Below, one piece after another: positions 55,498 to 64,000 of a DNA stretch of 64,000 nt. The DNA is from Chiloscyllium plagiosum (lineage: Eukaryota): NCBI RefSeq assembly GCF_004010195.1, contig NC_057719.1, positions 77,193,339-77,257,338 of the forward strand, in the 5' to 3' direction. A program made the position numbers and the translations under genes. The notes below the pieces were generated by a model. That model ran no database searches. It was not told where the DNA came from and saw only the letters and a program-made list of their open reading frames with translations. Numbering within the stretch: position 1 is the stretch's first letter; the number at the start of each line of letters is the position of its first letter.

Positions 55498-56853
55498 TAG
55501 GAGAAAGTGAGGACTGCAGATGCTGGAGATCAGAGCTTAAAAATGTGTTGCTGGAAAAGCGCAGCAGGTCAGGCAGCATCAAAGGAACAGGAGAATCGAT
55601 GTTTCGGACATAAGCCTTTCTTCTTATAAAAGGTAGGGAGGAGGGACTTGGGGGAGGGGCGTTGGGAATACGATAGGTGAAAGGAGGTAAAGGTGAGGGT
55701 GATAGGCCAGACAGGGAGTCGGGAAGAAAATTGCAGGTCAAGGCGGTGCTGAGTCTGAGGGTTAGGACTGAGAAAAGGTGGGGAGNNNNNNNNNNNNNNN
55801 NNNNNNNNNNNNNNNNNNNNNNNNNNNNNNNNNNNNNNNNNNNNNNNNNNNNNNNNNNNNNNNNNNNNNNNNNNNNNNNNNNNNNNNNNNNNNNNNNNNN
55901 NNNNNNNNNNNNNNNNNNNNNNNNNNNNNNNNNNNNNNNNNNNNNNNNNNNNNNNNNNNNNNNNNNNNNNNNNNNNNNNNNNNNNNNNNNNNNNNNNNNN
56001 NNNNNNNNNNNNNNNNNNNNNNNNNNNNNNNNNNNNNNNNNNNNNNNNNNNNNNNNNNNNNNNNNNNNNNNNNNNNNNNNNNNNNNNNNNNNNNNNNNNN
56101 NNNNNNNNNNNNNNNNNNNNNNNNNNNNNNNNNNNNNNNNNNNNNNNNNNNNNNNNNNNNNNNNNNNNNNNNNNNNNNNNNNNNNNNNNNNNNNNNNNNN
56201 NNNNNNNNNNNNNNNNNNNNNNNNNNNNNNNNNNNNNNNNNNNNNNNNNNNNNNNNNNNNNNNNNNNNNNNNNNNNNNNNNNNNNNNNNNNNNNNNNNNN
56301 NNNNNNNNNNNNNNNNNNNNNNNNNNNNNNNNNNNNNNNNNNNNNNNNNNNNNNNNNNNNNNNNNNNNNNNNNNNNNNNNNNNNNNNNNNNNNNNNNNNN
56401 NNNNNNNNNNNNNNNNNNNNNNNNNNNNNNNNNNNNNNNNNNNNNNNNNNNNNNNNNNNNNNNNNNNNNNNNNNNNNNNNNNNNNNNNNNNNNNNNNNNN
56501 NNNNNNNNNNNNNNNNNNNNNNNNNNNNNNNNNNNNNNNNNNNNNNNNNNNNNNNNNNNNNNNNNNNNNNNNNNNNNNNNNNNNNNNNNNNNNNNNNNNN
56601 NNNNNNNNNNNNNNNNNNNNNNNNNNNNNNNNNNNNCCCACCCCCTCTCCGGCCTATCGCCCTCACCTTAACCTCCTTCCACCTATCGTATTCCCAACGC
56701 CCCTCCCCCAAGTCCCTCCTCCCTACCTTTTATCTTAGCCTGCTTGGCACACCTTCCTCATTCCTGAAGAAGGGCTTATGCCCGAAATGTCGATTCTCCT
56801 GTTCCTTTGATACTGCCTGACCTGCTGCGCTTTTCCAGCGACACATTTTTAAG
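55498..56853. mobile_element. Longer Penelope-like insertion with inverted pseudo-LTR arms, spanning the assembly gap
   Basis: Arms 55498-55785 and 56637-56853 are reverse complements; TSD CATAAATCCAAT at 55486-55497 and 56854-56865; hammerhead core + 56764-56791. Confidence 0.8.
55786..56636. other. Assembly gap
   Basis: Run of N. Confidence 1.
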
Positions 56854-59270
56854 CATAAATCCAATCAGCCTTTCTATCCCTGTATTTGCAACACTGTCAT
56901 TTAAAACTTTCAATAACCCTAATGGTTCCGTCCCAGACTTTGAATAACTGATACCAGACATCAGGGTTATAGCTTAAATAAAAAGATTTAGCAATTTGTT
57001 AATAATGCAGTAGATTTGCCAGAGCAAAGTTAAGCAACAAGGTAATATACTTAACCCCTAGATTTATATCTTGCAGTCGTCTTCAATTCTCGACAGAGAA
57101 ATAGACACAGTTAAGGAATAAATCAAAAGAAATAAATGAGACGTACTGATGTAGACTCCATGACCCTTATCTTTTCAGGCATATGGGACTGTGTCTTGCT
57201 TGGTTTCCTGAAGACACCAATGTATGTAAACACTTGCCAGTAGATTCTGAGGAATATTCACTTTTCACTGAGATCCTGTTGTTCGAACTTTCAAGAAGTT
57301 GATAATGGGAGGCTAACCAAGAAGCAATCAAACTTCAAACATGTAGCTTTTGAAGGCACAATGCTCTGGCCCAATATAGTCCAAAAAAAAGTTCAAGCTT
57401 TGGGTTTTTTTTAAACTGGCTGTATCCCTATAAGGCCCAGTTAACATTCAATATCTGTCATCTGTTTGAACATTAGATTCCTCTGGAGTCAAAAAGCACT
57501 TTTAACAAAAATCAACCTGCAATTAAACATTCAGGCCTGGCCTCAAACAGGTCAGAAACTGTTCTTTTAAAATAAAAAACAAACTGCTTCACAGTCCCAA
57601 TGTCATCTTCAGTTTTCAGCTCACAGTTCATTGCTCCAAACCAAAAAAAGTCTCAACAGTATATTGTAAATTATTGAGGGCCCAGCACTGATCCCTGTGA
57701 AACTCCAATAGTTAAAGGTTGTCTTCATAAAAATGCCCTCCTTATCCCAACTCTTGTCTTATTTCCATGCTAATATCTCAAACACCACGGGTTTTTATCT
57801 TTTTAAGTGATGTAACATGTGACACTTACCAAATGTTTCTGAAAACCTAAATTGCATAATTGTAATAAATTGTAAAATTCTATCCACTGTTTCCTCTTTT
57901 CTATCCTGCTTGTTATCTCCTCAAAAACATTCTTAGAAATTTGCCACATTTGACTTTCTCTTTTGATTCTGTTTAATCATATGTATTCTAAATGGTCTGC
58001 CATTACATTCTTTATAATAGACATTTCCAAATAAGACTTCATTCATTCGCAGGATGAGAATTTATTGCCCATTCTAATTGCCCAGAGTACAGTTAAGAGT
58101 TAACCACATTGCTGTGCACCTAGTGTCCCATTGTAAGCCAAACCAGTTAAGGATAACACTTGTCTTCCCTAAAGGCTGTAGTTATCCGGATGGGTTTTTC
58201 TGACAATTGACAATGAAGTCATGGTCATCACTAGACTCTTCAATCCAGATTTTGTTTTTTTGAATTCAAATTCCACCATCTGCTGTGGTCGGATTCAAAC
58301 CTAGGTCCCCTGAACATTACCCGAGTCCCTGGATTAACAGTGCAGCAATACGAGGCCATCACCTACCCATCTTAAGCTAACTGACCTTCGCTTCCTTTTT
58401 GGAAATCTTTCCTTTTTAAATAAAGTCTAGGATTTTTCCAAGAATCCCTGAATTTTGGATGATGACTACCAATGCATCTGCAATCTCCAGTTCTTTTAAT
58501 GTCCTGGAATGTATTCTCAGGACCATAACACATTGATCTTCAGGCCCATTTTACCCCTGCATTTTCAGTGATATTTATTGTATTTATTCCCTCTTCTACT
58601 GCCCACTGATTTAGTAAGTTTTGAATATCATAAGGTGTTTTCCAGTGTGAATACTAATGTAAAATATTCATTCAACACCTCTAATTTTCTGATGCACTAT
58701 TATTTCCCCTGCCTTATTTTCTTAGGGACCAATGCTGACTTTGATCTCTCTCTTCATTTTTATATCTTTAAAGAGCTTCTTGCTGTCCTTCTTGATATTA
58801 ATTGCAATTTTACCCTCCAAGTTTATCTACTCCCTCTTTATTTTATTTGCTGTCTTTTAAGATGTTCCAATTTTCTGGCTTACCACTAATCATTACCATG
58901 CCGAAATAAAAGCAATTTGATGTTATCCATAATCACAACATTTCTGACACGTTCCCATTACTTCTTTAAAAATCCTACCATCGAGTTATTGTTCGAGGAC
59001 CTATACACCACTCTAAGTAACCTCTTCAATTTTTCAGTTTAGGACACCACTTCTAAATCCTGGTTTCCTAAACTTAGATCATTCTTTTCCATTAGGTATT
59101 ACCATGATCAATTAACAAAGTCGTATCTCCATCTTTTCCCAGCATCTTGTTCTTCCAAAACATCATTTACCCTTTAATATTCAGTGTTTAATTCATGTCA
59201 TTCTGCAGCCATGTCTCTGCAATTGTTATCATTTCATCATACTCATTGCAGTTGCCTTTAGGTTTCTGGA

Positions 59271-59409
59271 TCAGTGGTGCTGGAAGAGCACAGCAATTCA
59301 GGCAGCATCCGACGAGCAGCTCGTCGGATGCTGCCTGAATTGCTGTGCTCTTCCAGCACCACTGATCCAGAATCTGGTTTCCAGCATCTGCAGTCATTGT
59401 TTTTACCTC
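59271..59409. mobile_element. Penelope-derived fold-back with a perfect palindrome
   Basis: Arms 59264-59317 and 59319-59372; TSD TTAGGTTTCTGGA at 59258-59270 and 59410-59422. Confidence 0.85.
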
Positions 59410-59929
59410 TTAGGTTTCTGGAGACAGTTTGGGATTTGCTTTGCTGACAGCAATGCAAAAGTGACTTTTACCAGCATAAAAGTCCAAAAAATGACAAATT
59501 TAACTCTACAATAAATTTATCCATCCCATTACAATCAAACCAACCAAACTAATGGAGGAAACAATGGTTCATATCACTTTTGTAAGTAGAAGCAAAAACA
59601 CCATGTCTTCCTGCAATATAAATCCTGTCAAAGTGTGTATCATAGTTTAACATTGCTTTAACTCCGAGTGAACAGCTGAACCTCCCCAATGGCCAAATGT
59701 TTTCAAATTAAATTTCAAGTCACGTGGGGTGGGAAGACGGTACTTCCAGGTTGCTGTCCTGGTGTTAACGTAATTAGGATTACAGGTTGACTTTAACAAA
59801 AAGGTTTGGACATTGAACTTGGAGCAAATTTCATCCTGAAGTTAGAGTTCAAAAAAACTCATGTGAACCAAGACTAATCCACCTTCACGGTAGGTTACTA
59901 GCGAAATAAACCTTAGAACAGCTGCTCAC

Positions 59930-60034
59930 CTGATTTGAATCCGTCCAATCACATTCTTTAACAACCACTATCCCTCCTTTTTGATCAGGATATTTTTGGG
60001 CAACCAGGCATTTGCTGGTTTGTAAATTGTACAG
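59930..60034 (-). CDS. GALNT11: GALNT11-like exon (ricin domain, alpha repeat): LYNLQTSKCLVAQKYPDQKGGIVVVKECDWTDSNQ
   Basis: Minus strand ctgcag|CTG...CAG|gtgagc; 105 nt, phase 0; resembles recalled human GALNT11 'LYHLQTNKCLVAQGRPSQKGGLVVLKACDYSDPNQ'. Ortholog versus paralog is unresolved. Confidence 0.88.
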
Positions 60035-61973
60035 CTGCAGACACACAAAACAACAAATATATTATTTCCACATTTAAGGTTTCTGCAATGTAAAGCAAGA
60101 ACTCATAGACAATCTAATTTGGATTGAAGTGCAGCCTATATCCAAGTAAACACTGCAATTCCTAAATGACGTATCTACTTAGAAAAGATAACTACTCCCC
60201 TATAATCTGGATTTTATACCTCATTTTGTTATTTTATATACTGCAACATCTCCAGAGTGGAATGCTTGGGGCCATTTCTACATAACCAAGCAACATTAGG
60301 AGGTCTAACCACAGTGAGAAAATTGGAAAATAGCATGAATTTAAACATTCAGTCAAAGCATAATACACATGATGAATGATATAAAATTTCTTCTAGTTAT
60401 CCAAATAATATGTCAGCAGTGTTTGCATTTCCAAAATATTTAACTAAATTATTCCAAGAGATACTTGGGTCTAAAGATATCTGAAGTTTCTGAATTAAAG
60501 CGGTTACAAAGAATCACACTTTAAAAGAAAACATATGACGTCCATATTATTCCCCCAAACCAATCTCCCACCTTGTCATACATCTTTCATGAAAAGAGAC
60601 CAATTACTTGACTTTCTCCACTCCTACAATGACATGAAAATGTGTCAGAAAAAGTACATCATTAAAAGGAATGTAATTTTTAATTAAGGGCCTGATGGGC
60701 CGTATATCAGTTTTGATAAACACCTCCAAGACACGAAGAAAAATAACGTCTTATTTCTGCATTCTTTTAGACAAGGTCACGGACTGCAATAACTGTTTGC
60801 TCTGGGGACTTGAACTGTATTAGCAGCGTCATTTTGAACAACAGTTAATGAAATTCATCTGTGGGCAGAAAAATATTGAAACAATGGTAGCAAATTATTT
60901 TGGTCATCGCAATGTAAAGACTTAAAACACCATGTTTCACAGGATCTCAATCTTCAAAAGGGTTAGGTTCAATAGGCAAACATTGAATTAGGTGATGTAT
61001 AAATTTGGTATCTTCGTAGACGTAAATCAACAAGTTCCCTTGGGACCCTGACAGTGATGCCAACTATTTAACTTCTTAACCTGAAGTTTTTCCTGACAAC
61101 AGTGTAAATTTAAGTGTTATTGGAATATGGTGCTCATCTCTAGTCAGGCGCTCCCCGAAGTTCTACCAATTTAGCTTGTTCATTTTTTTTTCCTTTACCA
61201 GTCTGTGTCTCCTCGAAGCTACTGCTACCTTCTTCAATGTTTACTATAATTCCAAGTTTTGTTTTGGCTGTGAACTTCAAATGTACGCCCAAGATAAAGT
61301 CATTAAATATGCGAAAAACAGCGAGTTCTGGTATGCTTGGGGACACATGGCCCAAAGAGTTGAATTTTGCATCATGTTATGAATGTTTTAATGGTTAGCT
61401 TGGGCATATCTCCAGAAGCTATCTGTACATAAATAAACCATGTAGAATGTTGATTGAATGTATTCATATGGCTTCTAACTGAAAGTACCACAGGCATCAG
61501 CAAACAAACTGTCATATCAAGTGTCTGGCCAGAAAGAAAATTCCTTTTGTTTTTAGTCAGCAACATGATTGGATGTCTCTAGCTATACATCACTTCCAGA
61601 CTTGATTAAACCCGCTGCAACAAAGATGTCAATGTAAGGCCATTAACTTATTTTGTATTTGCAGATGTTACCTGATTTTTACTGGTTTTTATAACCCACT
61701 CAAGTTAAGTGGTTTACTATGACTTTTGGGAACATGAAAATCAAAAAAACTAGGGATTGTCTGAAATTTACAAAAAGCCAAGTGACTTCAGGAGAAAATG
61801 GTCTTAAATGACTTTAATTACTAATTGAAGAGATTGCTTTGGAAGGTGCTGAGTGATGAAGGTTGCTTAGCAACTGCCCCATTACATCTGGCTTCTTTTT
61901 CTGATGTATGGGTATACTGTGCATAGATTATAACCAAGCAATGCCATCTCTCTCTAAACGTTAACCTTTGCAG

Positions 61974-62270
61974 TAGATTAGATTCCCAACAGTGTGGAAA
62001 CAGGCCCTTCAGCCCAACTAGTCCACACCAACCCTCCAAAGAGTAACCCACCCAGACCCATTCCTCCTAACTCTACAGGCAATTTAGTATGACCAATTCA
62101 CCTAACCTACACATCTTTGGACTGTGGGAGGAAACCAGAGCGCCCAGAGGAAACTCACACAGACATGGGGAAGAACGTGCAAACGCCACACAGACAGTCG
62201 CCCGAGGGTGGAATCGAACCCAGGTCCCTGGCGCTGAGGCACAGAAGTGCTAACCACTCAGCCACCGTGC
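61974..62270 (-). mobile_element. HE1-type SINE
   Basis: Reverse-complement copy of the same family. Confidence 0.85.
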
Positions 62271-62785
62271 TGTCCCTAATATCTTGATGAAATATTTCTC
62301 CAAGGATAGTTCCGGGAATTAATATCTCCGATCTCCTCAAACCAAACTGTTAACTTAATCTTGAGCCCCATAATCCGACTTGCTACCCAGACTGATTTTC
62401 CATTGTTTTCCAGCTGACAGCAATGTGATCTTATTGTTAAGGAACAGCCTTTTTATCTTAAGACTCCCACAAAGCAGTGTGTCTCAACTCTGTCTCTATA
62501 AAAGTGTGTGGATGTGTTAGGATTAAAAGAGAAATGTAGTTAATTATCAAGCTGCCATGCAGAATTAACCAATTTGCTACATCTTTAAAGCATAGGGTTG
62601 TTTCTGATAAAGGAGAGTTATGTTTGAATTTATTGAAGAAAACATCAAGATAAGGAAAAACAAATGGACCATTTTTTGTTGGCAAAGACAGACTTTGTGC
62701 AGTAGAGCTTGGTTTCCAGTGCACTCCTGTAGTCAAAGTCATAACAATTCCTACTTGGGGAGGTCATTCAAAAAGAATGAACAGC

Positions 62786-63098
62786 TGGAGGTGCCGGTGT
62801 TGGACTGGGGTGTATAAAGTTAAAAAATCACAACACTAGGTTAACCTAAGAATGTAAACTTGTTTTAAAAAAAGTTTTTTGTGATTTACACATGAAAGAA
62901 GTGAAACTAACATGAAACTTAACAAGCAATCAAGGTATTTTTCAATGTGTAATTTCAGTTATAGCACACTAAACTTTTATTATAAGACACAGAATTTATA
63001 GCAGTGTACTCCACAATCACCTGATGCAGGAAGTAGCGCTCCAAAAGCTAGCACTTCCAATTAAACCTGTTGGCCTGGTGTGGTGTGGTTTTTAAACT
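62786..63098. mobile_element. Diverged family B Penelope-like fold-back; shorter family B fragments also at about 3997-4106 and 17790-17880
   Basis: Shared 'ggtgttggactggggtgtacaaagttaaaaatcac' end and degenerate CTGATG...CTCC.AAAGCTAG core. Confidence 0.7.
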
Positions 63099-63228
63099 TG
63101 AGGTATACAGCAATCTAGCTGAGCTTAAAGTCTATCTACACAGATAAATGCAGCCTCCACTTTGGTTGCAAGTGATATTGGTTTTTGTGAATTGCAGATT
63201 CCCACATAACCTGTACAATACACAGCAA

Positions 63229-63428
63229 TGATTCGGAGATTCAGGTGTTGGACTGGGGTATACAAAGTTAAAAATCACAACACCAGGTTATAGTCCAACA
63301 GGTTTAGGTGGAAGCACACTAGCTTTCGGAGCGACGCTCCTTCATCAGGTGATTGTCGCTCCGAAAGCTAGTGTGCTTCCAACTAAACCTGTTGGACTAT
63401 AACCTGGTGTTGTGAGATTTTTAAACTT
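63229..63428. mobile_element. Penelope-like fold-back, family B, with an intact hammerhead core
   Basis: TSD AATACACAGCAA at 63217-63228 and 63429-63440; minus strand CAC-CTGATGA-A-GGAGC-GTC-GCTCC-GAAAGCTA-GTG. Confidence 0.85.
63317..63351 (-). ncRNA. Minimal type I hammerhead ribozyme motif (predicted)
   Basis: Helix I CAC/GUG, core CUGAUGA, helix II GGAGC/GCUCC, GAAA, palindromic AGCU helix III, CUA cleavage triplet. Confidence 0.65.
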
Positions 63429-64000
63429 AATACACAGCAAGTTTTCTTTTTAAAAAGCATGGCCACACTACCTAACCTACAACGAGCCAGGGAGAACATG
63501 TAAACTCCACCCAGACAGAATTTCTACTAGAGGCTGGAATCAAAGCCAGGGCACTGGTGCTGGGAGGTAGTGCAATTTTATTAACCGTTTTATTTCTCTT
63601 CCTTGCATTATATGAAAGAGGAATTTGATTTGTTTTGCTTTTTAAGATTAATCTGCCACTTTAACTAAAATTATCTAATACTACTCCAGAAGGATGGTCT
63701 TGTTTTAGAGAAGGTATTATAGGCAATTTCAAACAAACAAGTTAAAAGTATGCCAAATGCTCCTAGTTACAGTTTTCAACAGTACTTTATCACTTGGATA
63801 CAGCCAGTTTTTAAAATGTATTAATGCACTTTATTTTCATACATTTAAAGTGTTGAGTAGGTATACTTAAACTGAGATTTTTGTTTGTGTGTACATAGTA
63901 ATTCTGATTTACAGTAGAAATACCCTATACAATTGGTTTCATAGTATCCAAACAGCCTAGCTGAGGAAAAAAAAAAAGGAAGCAGTTTAGGGAAAAATGA

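Larger units (their letters stand above)
54990..59230 (-). mobile_element. Scattered old CR1-type LINE remnants in the GALNT11-like intron
   Basis: ALESVQKRFIRVI; LQRDTDRLNEWAENWHMEYNMGKCEV; ITIAETWLQ (APE-like); boundaries approximate and interrupted by other inserts. Confidence 0.55.

Noticed and set aside
55448..56738. ORFs of 297-397 aa
   Set aside because: Mostly X from the assembly gap inside a Penelope-like insertion
60035..64000. Next upstream GALNT11-like exon (expected ...KSFKWYL...YPE...)
   Set aside because: Not found by eye on the - strand; probably beyond the window

Overview
Vertebrate genomic DNA, most likely a cartilaginous fish (shark), inferred from abundant HE1-type tRNA SINEs and CR1/HER1-type LINE fragments. 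There are two N gaps (19127-19479, 55786-56636). The + strand holds the last 8 coding exons of PCNX1 (pecanex 1; 1070-35162, all GT-AG and phase-consistent) and its 3' UTR. The - strand holds the last 3 coding exons of a convergent GALNT11-like gene (ricin/lectin domain; 60034-50422), which the ORF track misses. Between them lies a decayed, nearly full-length Gypsy LTR retrotransposon (39949-45760) with the unusual PR-IN-RT-RH (Gmr1-type) domain order and a tRNA-Pro-like PBS; a second Gmr1-type remnant sits in a PCNX1 intron. The most distinctive signal is a set of short fold-back insertions from at least three Penelope-like families. They carry minimal hammerhead ribozyme cores (CUGANGA-stem-GAAA plus a palindromic helix III), have 12-15 bp target-site duplications, and their inversion points cluster at the ribozyme stem II. 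Also present are a hAT MITE with an 8-bp TSD and four local templated duplications (direct and inverted) that cross repeat junctions. Gene and family names come from my recall of the homologous proteins and repeats; no database search was run.
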